From: an uncultured archaeon
Lineage (GTDB): Archaea; Nanohalarchaeota; Nanosalinia; Nanosalinales; Nanohalalkaliarchaeaceae
Direction: 5' to 3'
Assembly (NCBI GenBank): GCA_964617945.1
Contig: CAZTXA010000001.1
Location: 1-60,846, forward strand
Length of the DNA stretch: 60,846 nucleotides
Below are positions 9,655 through 18,020 of the stretch, piece after piece. Below the pieces are notes generated by a model. It did no database searches. It had not been told where the DNA came from and was given only the letters and a program-made list of their open reading frames with translations. Position 1 is the stretch's first letter, and the number at the start of each line of letters is the position of its first letter. Both the position numbers and the translations under genes were made by a program.

Positions 9655-10206
9655 ATGAAGGTCGCTGTCCCACACCCGGCCACTGCCGGTCGCCGCTTCC
9701 ACGCTGCAATCGGTGGCGTCCTCTATTCTCCGGTGTACGTTGCCGCAGCGGTTATCCTGACGGCCGCGGTGTACACGCTTTACACGCTTACAACGTTTCC
9801 CCAGTACAGCTGGCAGCTACTCTCCGCTAATCCTGTCTATATCACACAGGCGGTGTCTACACTTACTACCGGGATGTACGCCAGTATCGGGGTGCACGGT
9901 GTCCTCCTCGTGGCGGCGTACTCCGGGTTGACCGCGGTCGCCATCCTCCACGTCATCATCCAGTTCCGTACCGGTGGCCTCGCCCCCAGTCTCAGCGGTG
10001 CGGGCGGTACCAGCGGCGTCCTCCCGGTCTTCCTGGTTGGTGGCTGCGCCGGGTGTGGCGCTGGCCTCCTCGGATTATTCGGGGCCGCCGGTGCACTCGC
10101 CGTCCTCCCGTTCAACGGGAACGGGATCCGTCTCGTCAGCGTCGTCTTCCTCGTCGGCCTGCTGGGGTACGCCGGTGACCCGAGGACCTGCGATTTCGAC
10201 CGGTAA
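9655..10206 (+). CDS. polytopic membrane protein with an intramembrane CxxC (GGCAGCGAG)
   Basis: About 5 hydrophobic helices. The motif VFLVGGCAGCGAGLLGLFG sits inside a predicted helix. I do not recognise the family. Confidence 0.55.
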   Translation: MKVAVPHPATAGRRFHAAIGGVLYSPVYVAAAVILTAAVYTLYTLTTFPQYSWQLLSANPVYITQAVSTLTTGMYASIGVHGVLLVAAYSGLTAVAILHVIIQFRTGGLAPSLSGAGGTSGVLPVFLVGGCAGCGAGLLGLFGAAGALAVLPFNGNGIRLVSVVFLVGLLGYAGDPRTCDFDR

Positions 10207-10229
10207 CCGTTTAAAGGCTAAGGCGCCGG

Positions 10230-10880
10230 GTGGTAGATGTGAAATGCGATAAGTGCGGCCGACAGGTCGACTCCCGGCAGGAGGAGGTCGAACATCTTCT
10301 GGACCAGCACGACGACACGCTGACCTCCCATAAACGTGACGAGCTGAAACGGGAGCTGAACCAGATGGACAGCGGCGGCGGCCGGTCGCTGCCGCTGCGG
10401 ACGATAGGGATCGGTGTCGCAGTGCTGGCCGTCATCCTCGGCGGCGGGTTCGCACTCTCATCGGCCGGGATCGTCTCGTTCTCGGCTGGCGGGTCAAACG
10501 GGCCGACCGGGGCCGCAGTCGGTCCCGCAGGCTCCACGCACGAGCACGCCCAGTTCTCTGTGTTCGTCAACGGCGACGAGATTGACTTCTCGCAGCCCCG
10601 GTACCAGGTCGGGCAGACCCAGAACCGGCGCATCCACTTCGAGGGCGGTGACGGGTCCCGCATCCACAAGCACGCGACCGGGGTGACCGTCGGGTTCGCA
10701 CTCGAGTCTCTGGACATGGGGATCAACCAGACCTGCCTCTCTGTCCACGATGAGGTGTACTGCGAGGACGGGTCTGCGCCACTCACCGTGACGGTGAACG
10801 GGAACGAGATCGAAGATGCTGCATCACATGTCATCCGTGACGGCGAGGTCATCCGGATCGCCTACGGGGACGACGCGTAA
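10230..10880 (+). CDS. N-terminal zinc knuckle + TM + His-rich extracytoplasmic domain (paralogue 2 of 3)
   Basis: GTG start (GTG 10239 is an alternative). CDKCGRQV...VEHLLDQH, TM helix IGIGVAVLAVILGGGFAL, then GSTHEHAQFSVFVNGDEI...RIHFEG...RIHKHATGV...GINQTCL...C...VTVNGNEI...IRDGEVIRIAYGD. Confidence 0.65.
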   Translation: MVDVKCDKCGRQVDSRQEEVEHLLDQHDDTLTSHKRDELKRELNQMDSGGGRSLPLRTIGIGVAVLAVILGGGFALSSAGIVSFSAGGSNGPTGAAVGPAGSTHEHAQFSVFVNGDEIDFSQPRYQVGQTQNRRIHFEGGDGSRIHKHATGVTVGFALESLDMGINQTCLSVHDEVYCEDGSAPLTVTVNGNEIEDAASHVIRDGEVIRIAYGDDA

Positions 10881-10940
10881 CACAGCCGCAGGTTATATAG
10901 GCGTCCGACGTCACCGTGACGGTATGTCGCGAGGTGGCCG

Positions 10941-11846
10941 ATGATGCAGGTATTCCGGTACGTCCTCCTTATCTACGCAGCCGGCGTGGCAGCGGTACTG
11001 TACGCTATCGCCCGGTTCCCAGCGGCGACCTTCATCGATGCGGTCCCGGCGGTGATGAAGCTCGGCACCGTGGCACTGCTTGCCGCGGTCGCTGCCGCGT
11101 TATTCTTCAAGGACAGGGTGTCTGACCGGGGGCAGCGCATTATGATGGGGGCTATCCTCCTCATCGTCCTCGTCCCGACCCTGTACGCTGCCGGGGCGTG
11201 GATTCACGCCATGGCGACGTCGTGGAGTGGCGGCGAGGTCCACTACCACGCGGACTATGAGGTCGTGGTGCAGGACGAGAACGGTGCGTACCACCAGCTC
11301 GACCTGATCGACCCGGAGGAATTCTGCCAGCAGTCACAGCACGAGTCAACGTATATGTGCCGGTTGAACGACCGCGTCGGCACAACGGAATACCACGAGC
11401 ACAACGACCGCCGCATCCACCTCGAAGGAACGTTCAAGCAACGGGAGGACGCGACACTGGCCGCGTTCTTCGCCACGTTCGGCGGCGAACTGTCCAACGA
11501 CAGGCTGGTCTACCCGACGAACGAAGAGGATTGGACGGTGTCGGACGACGGGGAACGGACGGTTAAGATCCTGGTGAAGAAAGGTGTCGGCGGGACACGG
11601 CACTGGTGCGCCATCGGCCCGGAAGAAACTGTGACAGCGGAACAGGTATGCAACGACCCGTATACAGGGACTCCGGCGCGGTCGCCTGACCAGTACATCA
11701 TCTCACCGTTCCAGCGCGGCCCAACACTCGACGATATCTGGATTGTCTACGACAACGCGACAGTTACCGGGGCATTGAACGACCTGCAGGAAGACGACCG
11801 GTATAAACAGTTCGAACAGGAGAAGACCGGGGAGGGGTACCAGTGA
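10941..11846 (+). CDS. multi-TM protein with a divergent His-rich extracytoplasmic domain (paralogue 3 of 3)
   Basis: Three N-terminal TM helices, then EVHYHADYEVVVQDENG...EYHEHNDRRIHLEG...TLAAFFATFGG... The stop overlaps the GTG start of ccdA (GTGA at 11843). Confidence 0.6.
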   Translation: MMQVFRYVLLIYAAGVAAVLYAIARFPAATFIDAVPAVMKLGTVALLAAVAAALFFKDRVSDRGQRIMMGAILLIVLVPTLYAAGAWIHAMATSWSGGEVHYHADYEVVVQDENGAYHQLDLIDPEEFCQQSQHESTYMCRLNDRVGTTEYHEHNDRRIHLEGTFKQREDATLAAFFATFGGELSNDRLVYPTNEEDWTVSDDGERTVKILVKKGVGGTRHWCAIGPEETVTAEQVCNDPYTGTPARSPDQYIISPFQRGPTLDDIWIVYDNATVTGALNDLQEDDRYKQFEQEKTGEGYQ

Positions 11847-12553
11847 CGGCGGCAAACCTTCCGACGGTGTCCGCAGTCATCGTGACGGCAGCCGTCGACG
11901 CCATCAACCCGTGCGCGATCGGTGTCGCACTGTTGCTGGTCGCGACGATGCTCAAGCAGGGCCGCCGGAAACAGATGCTGACCGTCGGCGCACTGTACGT
12001 CGCCGCCGTCTATGCGACGTACTTCTTCGCCGGCGTCGGCATCCTCCTGTTCTTCGTGAACATCCCGGTCAAGATAGCCAACATCGTCACCGTCATCGTC
12101 GCACTGTTAGTCGTGACCGGCGGCCTCCTCGAGATAAAGGATTACTTCTGGTACGGGAAGGGGACATCGCTGATGATCCCGGAACAGTACGCGACAAAGA
12201 TTGCCGACCGGATGGAGGACCTGACCGCGCCCGCCGCCGTCTTCCTCGGCGTGTTCGTCGCGCTGGTGGAGCTGCCGTGCACCGGCGGCCCCTACCTGGC
12301 TATCCTGACGGTGATTGCACAGCAGGGCGTGAACATCTGGGCGTACGTGTTGATGGCGCTGTACAACCTGATATTCGTCGCCCCACTCATCTTCATCGTG
12401 GTCGCCGCCTACCTCGGCACATACACGGTCAGCGAGATGAAACAGTGGAAGCACATGAACCGGCCGCGGATGCGGCTCGCCGCCGGCGTCCTGATGATCC
12501 TGCTCGGCTGGGTGTTATTGGTGCTTGCGACAGGGATTATACGGTTCGGATGA
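11843..12553 (+). CDS. ccdA: CcdA/DsbD-family transmembrane thiol-disulfide electron transporter
   Basis: Six TM helices with the two family half-motifs AINPCAIG and ELPCTGGPY. Confidence 0.8.
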   Translation: MTAANLPTVSAVIVTAAVDAINPCAIGVALLLVATMLKQGRRKQMLTVGALYVAAVYATYFFAGVGILLFFVNIPVKIANIVTVIVALLVVTGGLLEIKDYFWYGKGTSLMIPEQYATKIADRMEDLTAPAAVFLGVFVALVELPCTGGPYLAILTVIAQQGVNIWAYVLMALYNLIFVAPLIFIVVAAYLGTYTVSEMKQWKHMNRPRMRLAAGVLMILLGWVLLVLATGIIRFG

Positions 12554-12557
12554 TACC

Positions 12558-12833
12558 ATGGACGTCCTCATAACACGTGACGGCGAAAAAGAGGAGTTCG
12601 ACCAGCGGAAGCTGTACTCCTCCATCTACTACCCTGCCCGCGTCGCCGAGTACGACGAACAGGCGGCGGAAGACCTGGCGGAAGATGTCTGCGAGGCTGT
12701 CGTCAACTGGATGGAGGACCAGGACGACACGGTCGTCACGTCCGAAGAGCTACGGGAGAAGACGATCGAAGAGCTGGAGGAGCGCGACGAAGAAGTCGCG
12801 TTCCTGTACGACACCCACCTCGACATCAACTAG
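12558..12833 (+). CDS. stand-alone ATP-cone domain protein
   Basis: Start ATG 12558. MDVLITRDGEKEEFDQRKLYSSIY matches the ATP-cone N-terminus (v.KRdG..e.Fd..Ki..si). Acidic tail. Confidence 0.65.
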   Translation: MDVLITRDGEKEEFDQRKLYSSIYYPARVAEYDEQAAEDLAEDVCEAVVNWMEDQDDTVVTSEELREKTIEELEERDEEVAFLYDTHLDIN

Positions 12834-14203
12834 TCGGAGAACCACTCGCCGTACCGGTACAGTGCATGCATCGCGGCCGCGGCACGGTCCGGGGCAGAAT
12901 ACGCCGCGACCTCGTTCTTCTCAAGGTTCTTCGCATGCAGGTCCGTGTACTCGCCGCCGGTCATGCACACAACGAGCGGCTTATGGAACTCCTCGTTCAC
13001 GTTGACGATGGTATCGATCACGTCCGAGTCCAGCGGCAGCGGCTGCAGCAACGGGATGACGATCAATCCATCGATGGCGTCGTCCGTCGCCAGGATATCC
13101 AGCGCCTGCTCGTACCGTTCAGTATCCGCGTCCCCGACAAGGTCCAGCGGGTTCTCCACGTTCCCGTACTCGGGGACCACGTCCCGCAGCTGCTCCCGGG
13201 TCGCGGTCGAGAACTCCGCCAGTTCAAGCCCGCGGTCCTCCAGCGCGTCGGCCGTCAGGACGCCGAACCCGCCGCCGTTCGTCACCACACCGATATTCTT
13301 CCCGTCGAGCGGCGGGTTGTATGCGAGGGCGCGTGCATAGTCGAACAGCTCCTCCACCGTCCCCGCCTCCAGCACCCGCGTCTGTCTGAACACGCCCTGG
13401 TACACGTTGTAGCTGCCGGCGAGCGACCCGGTGTGCGAGCTGACCGCGGACTTGCCGGACCCGGACTTCCCGCCTTTCAACGCGATGACAGGGGTCTCGT
13501 CGGTGACCTCTCGGGCGGTCTCCATGAACTGTTCCCCGTCTGACACGCCCTCCATGTATACCGTGATGGCGGCGGTCTCGTCGTCCTGGTCCAGCCACGC
13601 CATCAGTTCGCGTTCCGCTACGTCGGCCTGGTTCCCGTAGCTGATGAACCGGGACACACCGACCTCCATCTCCGCCAGCAGGTCCATGACCGCGGACCCG
13701 AACGCGCCGCTCTGCGTCACGATAGCGATATCGCCCGCCGGCGGCCGCTTGAGCTTGTATGAGGGCAGGAACAGCGTGTCGACCCGGGAGAACGCGTCGT
13801 ACACCCCGAGACAGTTCGGCCCGATCAACCGCGTATCGGTTCCCTCGACGATATCCTTCAGCTCCTCCTCCCGTCTCTCCCCGTCCTCACCAATCTCGCT
13901 GTACCCGGAGGTGACAACGATAACAGCCTCGACACCCTTGTACACCGCCTCCTGGACGACCTCGTTCGCCACCGATGGCGGGACGGAGACAACAGCCAGG
14001 TCAACAGCGTCGTCGATATCGAGGACGGAGTCGTACGATTCGAGACCGAGGATCTCGTCCGCGTTCGGGTTCACCGGGTAGACTTCGCCCTGGAAGTCTT
14101 CCTCCACGAAGTTCCTGAGGATAGAGTGTCCGACCTTGCCGCCGTCCCTGGACGCGCCGATGATAGCGACACTGTCCGGGTCGAAAAATTTTTCCAGGCT
14201 CAC
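12830..14203 (-). CDS. acdA: acetyl-CoA synthetase (ADP-forming), alpha subunit (CoA-binding + CoA-ligase domains)
   Basis: FFDPDSVAIIGASRDGGKVGHSILRNF, VYPVNPN, VDLAVVSVPP, SHTGSLAG. Its start overlaps the stop of acdB. Confidence 0.85.
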   Translation of the reverse strand: MSLEKFFDPDSVAIIGASRDGGKVGHSILRNFVEEDFQGEVYPVNPNADEILGLESYDSVLDIDDAVDLAVVSVPPSVANEVVQEAVYKGVEAVIVVTSGYSEIGEDGERREEELKDIVEGTDTRLIGPNCLGVYDAFSRVDTLFLPSYKLKRPPAGDIAIVTQSGAFGSAVMDLLAEMEVGVSRFISYGNQADVAERELMAWLDQDDETAAITVYMEGVSDGEQFMETAREVTDETPVIALKGGKSGSGKSAVSSHTGSLAGSYNVYQGVFRQTRVLEAGTVEELFDYARALAYNPPLDGKNIGVVTNGGGFGVLTADALEDRGLELAEFSTATREQLRDVVPEYGNVENPLDLVGDADTERYEQALDILATDDAIDGLIVIPLLQPLPLDSDVIDTIVNVNEEFHKPLVVCMTGGEYTDLHAKNLEKNEVAAYSAPDRAAAAMHALYRYGEWFSD

Positions 14204-14841
14204 TGCATCGTCACCAGTGCGTCCGCCGCATACGCGCCGTCGGCGTTGACGAACAGCGGGTTTATATCCAGCTCCTTGATCGGCTCCTCCTGCACCAGGT
14301 CCGACACGGCCAGGAGGACATCTACCACCGCATCGATATCCGCCGGGTCGTCACCGCGGACCCCGTCCAGCAACGGCCGGGCCTGCATCTCGTCCACGAG
14401 TTCACGGGCGTCGCGCTCGGTCAACGGCACCGCGCGGAAGTTCACATCGTGCAGGATCTCGACGAAGATCCCGCCCAGCCCGAACATGACGACCATCCCG
14501 AACTCCGGGTCCTCGTTCACGCCCACGATCATCTCGTGCCCGTCCAGGTGCTCCTCGACGAGGACGCCTTCAACCTCTGCATCCGGCACCGCCGCCCGTA
14601 CATTACCGGTAACAAGCTGGTACCGTTTCCGTACCTCCTCCTCGTCGTGCGCGGTCATCACCGCCCCGATATCCGTCTTGTGCTGGACGTCGGCGGAATC
14701 GATCTTCAGGACGACCGGGTACCCGAACTCGTCCGCAGCCGCTACCGCCGCGTCAACGTCGTGCACCAGTTCGTGCGCTGCGACAGGGATACCGGCGTCC
14801 TCGAACAGTGCCATCGCCTCGTGCTCTGGCAGCGACCGCAT
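14200..14841 (-). CDS. acdB: acetyl-CoA synthetase (ADP-forming), beta subunit (ATP-grasp)
   Basis: Start ATG 14841 (MRSLPEHEAMALFEDAGIPV...GYPVVLKIDSADVQHKTDIGAV). TATA ATATAAAA at 14865-14872 lies 24-31 nt upstream. Confidence 0.85.
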   Translation of the reverse strand: MRSLPEHEAMALFEDAGIPVAAHELVHDVDAAVAAADEFGYPVVLKIDSADVQHKTDIGAVMTAHDEEEVRKRYQLVTGNVRAAVPDAEVEGVLVEEHLDGHEMIVGVNEDPEFGMVVMFGLGGIFVEILHDVNFRAVPLTERDARELVDEMQARPLLDGVRGDDPADIDAVVDVLLAVSDLVQEEPIKELDINPLFVNADGAYAADALVTMQ

Positions 14842-14922
14842 GGTAGGAACCGACTGCCGATTGCATATAAAACTTCCTTGCCGCCCGAAACCGACTAAAA
14901 GGAGGCAGTCTAAAACCACTGT

Positions 14923-15663
14923 ATGTCGGAGGTCCACGTCCACAACCAGGTCGACATCGATGACGGCGTCTTCATCGAGGGAGTCCCGGGCGTCGGCCTG
15001 GCGAGCAAGATCGCGACCGACCACCTCATCGACCGCCTCGATATGACGTTACATGCAACGGTACGGGCTGACGGGATACCTGAAGTGATGATATTCGAGG
15101 AAGGAAGCAGGGCGCTGCGGTCACCGGTCCGTATCTTCGCCGACGAGGAGACAGGGATGTACGCGTTCACAAGTGACGTGCTGATCTCTCCCGTCAACGT
15201 TGACGGGTTCGCCGCATTACTGGTCGACTGGATGGAGGAGAACGGGGTGATGCCGCTCCTGCTCAGCGGACTGCCATCGAATCAAGACGATGAGGACAAG
15301 CGCCTGTACGGCGTCAGCACCGGCGACGCAGACGAGGTCCTGGAGGAGGCGGGGATCGATACCCCGGCGCAGACCGGGTTGATCGGGGGGCCGACCGGCG
15401 CGATGATGCACGAGGCATCGGACCGCGGTCTGGACGCGGTCGGACTGGTGGCGGAGACAGACCCGCAGTTCCCTGACCCCATCGCCGCCCGCCACCTCAT
15501 CGATGACGGTGTGGAGAAGATTGTCGGGTTCGACGTGGAGACTGATGTGCTGGTGGAACAGGCCGAGCAGATCAGAGACCAGAAACAGCAGCTGGCGGAG
15601 ATGATCCAGAACGCGGAGAAGCACGAACGCAGCCAGGCCTACCCGGAAGGCATGTACCAGTAG
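14923..15663 (+). CDS. PAC2 (proteasome assembly chaperone 2) family protein
   Basis: FIEGVPGVGLASKIATDHLI is the typical PAC2 N-terminal motif (G.PG.G..g.ia...l). 246 aa. Confidence 0.7.
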   Translation: MSEVHVHNQVDIDDGVFIEGVPGVGLASKIATDHLIDRLDMTLHATVRADGIPEVMIFEEGSRALRSPVRIFADEETGMYAFTSDVLISPVNVDGFAALLVDWMEENGVMPLLLSGLPSNQDDEDKRLYGVSTGDADEVLEEAGIDTPAQTGLIGGPTGAMMHEASDRGLDAVGLVAETDPQFPDPIAARHLIDDGVEKIVGFDVETDVLVEQAEQIRDQKQQLAEMIQNAEKHERSQAYPEGMYQ

Positions 15664-15691
15664 ATTCTCAGTTATCCGTTGCGGATAGCGA

Positions 15692-16153
15692 TTAGACCTC
15701 CCAGAACACGGCGGACAGGAACACGAGCGCGGTCACGCTCTGCACCAGCGTGTTCCCCGTGGCGACCGCGGCAGCTGCGAGGAGTGGGACGGCGAGCCAC
15801 GGCAGTTTCACCCGGTCCGGCCACGCATCGAGATCCAGCGGGGTCGGCTCCGGGACAGGGCTGTCGCTGACCCGGTAGACGGTGGCCGCGAATACTGCCG
15901 CCCCACCGATCAGCACGCCGGCAGGACTGCCAAGCGTCAGGACCGGGACGCCGCCGGCCAGCAACCCTGCGACCGTGTACACGCCGACGTGCAGCGTGTA
16001 CGACCGCTGGCTGGTGATGACGGTCGCTATCGAGATATCGTTGCGGGCGAGCCCGTACCCGAGGAACCCGAGATACAGCAACGGTATAACAAGCAGTGCG
16101 AGCTGCCAGGCCGCGTCAAGGAGCTGTACAGTGAGACCGGGGAGCGTCGCCAT
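15692..16153 (-). CDS. hypothetical polytopic membrane protein
   Basis: 153 aa with about 4 hydrophobic helices. No recognisable motif. Confidence 0.45.
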   Translation of the reverse strand: MATLPGLTVQLLDAAWQLALLVIPLLYLGFLGYGLARNDISIATVITSQRSYTLHVGVYTVAGLLAGGVPVLTLGSPAGVLIGGAAVFAATVYRVSDSPVPEPTPLDLDAWPDRVKLPWLAVPLLAAAAVATGNTLVQSVTALVFLSAVFWEV

Positions 16154-16193
16154 AGTCGTATACGGATGAGGCAGGGGTTAAAAGTCTGCGGCG

Positions 16194-16523
16194 TCAGAGC
16201 TCGGTCTCTTCGACCTGCTCTTTCTCGTACCGTTCCTCCTCCTCGGCTTCCTGTTCTTCAGACGTCTTGACATCGCCCTTGAAGTGGTCGATCATCACGA
16301 CGTCGTCGATCGCGTTCACCATGGAGAACGGGACTATAACACCCTTCTTACCGCCAACCTTTTCCGCGAGGTAGGAGCCCTGTGCCGCGTCTACAACGAC
16401 TGCACGGACCTTGAACTTTGGCAGGTCGAGCTCGATGTCGCGCGCCTTGCCGCAGTACGATCCCTGAGAAGTGAAGACGTCCTTGCCTACCACGTCGGTC
16501 ATGTTCTCTACGTCCGTGGCCAT
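16194..16523 (-). CDS. PRC-barrel domain protein
   Basis: VVGKDVFTSQGSYCGKARDIELD...VVVD...IVPFSMVNAIDDVVMI, plus an acidic tail. This is the typical archaeal PRC-barrel architecture. Confidence 0.65.
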   Translation of the reverse strand: MATDVENMTDVVGKDVFTSQGSYCGKARDIELDLPKFKVRAVVVDAAQGSYLAEKVGGKKGVIVPFSMVNAIDDVVMIDHFKGDVKTSEEQEAEEEERYEKEQVEETEL

Positions 16524-16615
16524 CCTATCACGACACGGTCTGTGTGTTGCATATTTAAATACCTTAAGCGGCTCCGCGCCGGATGTTCTTAAAATTACGT
16601 CAGGACGGTAGCGAC

Positions 16616-17584
16616 ATGGGACGTGGGACAGGTGTAGCCCGGTACGTAGCAGACAGGACAGGTCTCGCCCGCGACGCGTTCTCAGGGGTATACCGCGGTG
16701 CCAGGAGCGGCGTCCGGGAGCGGTGGACAGCCCTCACACCGGGCGACGAGGCCGCACTCGCACCGTCGCTGACCCGGTCCGATGACTACTACGAGCAGGC
16801 GGACGCGGTCGCCGCATACAGCGACGCCCGCCGCCAGCACATCGACGACTACCGCGACGACCTCGTTGAACGTGCAACCGATGGAACGCTCAGCGGCAAA
16901 CAGTACATCCTGGCGAAGGAGATGCGGCAGATCGAACAGTTCTTCGAGTCTGAGGGATATGACATGGACGAAGATGCACCGCTCGACGGCGTCCGCGTAC
17001 TTGACGCGCCGTGCGGCGACGGCTGCTTTTCCCGTGCGCTCGCGAACTGGGGGGCAGACGTTATCAGCGCTGACCGGTCGTGGGAGATGCTTGAAGCCGC
17101 GCAGGAGAAGGAATACTGGGACGAGGCGATCAACCCGTTGCGCGAGGACGCGCCAGGGAGTATCGTGTACCGGGAGGAGGACGTGACCGATATGGACCTG
17201 ATGGACCGGGTTGACTACGCGGTGATGTGGCGGAGCGCCCACGTCATCGGCGACCTTGCGGCGCCGCTTCAGGAGCTGGCGGACGCGGTCGAATCACCGG
17301 GAGCAGTCCTGTTCGACACGTTCCACCGGCGCAGCGGCCGGCGCCTGTACACCTCGCTGCTGCGGATGGACAGCACGCTGCACGGCCGGGACGAGGTCCG
17401 CGACGCTGCACCTGCCGAGGCGAGCATCGAACGCCGGGACTCCGGGTTCGTCCTCCCGTACGGGGCGTTCCGTCCCATCCCTGCCGGGCACCGGTGGATG
17501 GAGGGGAACGTCCGGTGGAACGAGCGGATGGAGGAGAAGCGGCCCGAGTACGCCTCTGTGGATTTCTGGACGCTGTCGACGTGA
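16616..17584 (+). CDS. class I SAM-dependent methyltransferase
   Basis: Motif I VRVLDAPCGDGCFSRALANWGADVISADRS. Start ATG 16616. TATA TTAAAAT at 16589-16595 lies inside the track's upstream extension. Confidence 0.7.
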   Translation: MGRGTGVARYVADRTGLARDAFSGVYRGARSGVRERWTALTPGDEAALAPSLTRSDDYYEQADAVAAYSDARRQHIDDYRDDLVERATDGTLSGKQYILAKEMRQIEQFFESEGYDMDEDAPLDGVRVLDAPCGDGCFSRALANWGADVISADRSWEMLEAAQEKEYWDEAINPLREDAPGSIVYREEDVTDMDLMDRVDYAVMWRSAHVIGDLAAPLQELADAVESPGAVLFDTFHRRSGRRLYTSLLRMDSTLHGRDEVRDAAPAEASIERRDSGFVLPYGAFRPIPAGHRWMEGNVRWNERMEEKRPEYASVDFWTLST

Positions 17585-17607
17585 CGGCTCGGCACCGGTT
17601 CAAGGAC

Positions 17608-17614
17608 TTAAAAT
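17608..17614 (+). promoter_or_regulatory. TATA box of the tRNA-Ser gene
   Basis: TTAAAAT lies 28-34 nt upstream of tRNA position 1. Confidence 0.45.
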
Positions 17615-17641
17615 GTTCCTCGCCAACTATATCCCGCGGAT

Positions 17642-17731
17642 GTCGGGGTCGCATAGCCTGGCCTAGTGCGGTGGCTTGCTAAGCCACTCGGCGTGTATGC
17701 GCCGACGCGGGTTCAAATCCCGCCCCCGACG
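17642..17731 (+). tRNA. tRNA-Ser (anticodon GCU), class II with long variable arm, no encoded CCA
   Basis: Folded by hand. Acceptor GTCGGGG/CCCCGAC (7 bp). D stem GCAT/GTGC. Anticodon stem GTGGC/GCCAC with loop TTGCTAA. Variable arm CGGCG-TGTATG-CGCCG. T arm GCGGG-TTCAAAT-CCCGC. Discriminator G. Confidence 0.85.
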
Positions 17732-17815
17732 CTGGACACATCCTTTCTTCGAGACGGTCGAACCGGAAGCTACCCGGTCGGGTTCAAAAACATCTCCAGT
17801 GCAGCACGTTGAGCT

Positions 17816-17974
17816 ATGGATCCCGACTACACGTGTGCGTTGTGTGAGTGGAACGGTGACGATGCGGAAACAGTGGACGGCCGCTGCCCGGAGTGTACCG
17901 GGCGCGTCCTCGCGGTGGCAGAATGCCCGGGGTGTATCACAGGGCCGGCGGTCCTGCCCGGCACGAGGCGGTAG
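17816..17974 (+). CDS. small zinc-ribbon protein (52 aa; below the ORF-track cut-off)
   Basis: MDPDYTCALCEWNGDDAETVDGRCPECTGRVLAVAECPGCITGPAVLPGTRR has three CxxC pairs. GC3-rich codons. It lies in an otherwise empty gap. Confidence 0.45.
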   Translation: MDPDYTCALCEWNGDDAETVDGRCPECTGRVLAVAECPGCITGPAVLPGTRR

Positions 17975-18020
17975 CAGGCCGGCGGCACCGATTTAAATTC
18001 TGCGACGCCGTGTTCTATAC

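Noticed and set aside
10211-10852. 213-aa minus-strand ORF and nested ORFs opposite the 10230-10880 gene
   Set aside because: The plus-strand product has a clear paralogue (5777-6298) and a TM helix plus zinc-knuckle architecture. The minus-strand product is S/P/W-rich.
17708-17788. 10-nt repeat CGGGTTCAAA in the tRNA-Ser T-arm (17708-17717) and again 62 nt downstream (17779-17788), a possible attachment-site remnant of an integrated element
   Set aside because: The repeat is too short to be significant. There is no integrase, no viral or plasmid genes, and no compositional break nearby. I treat it as coincidence.
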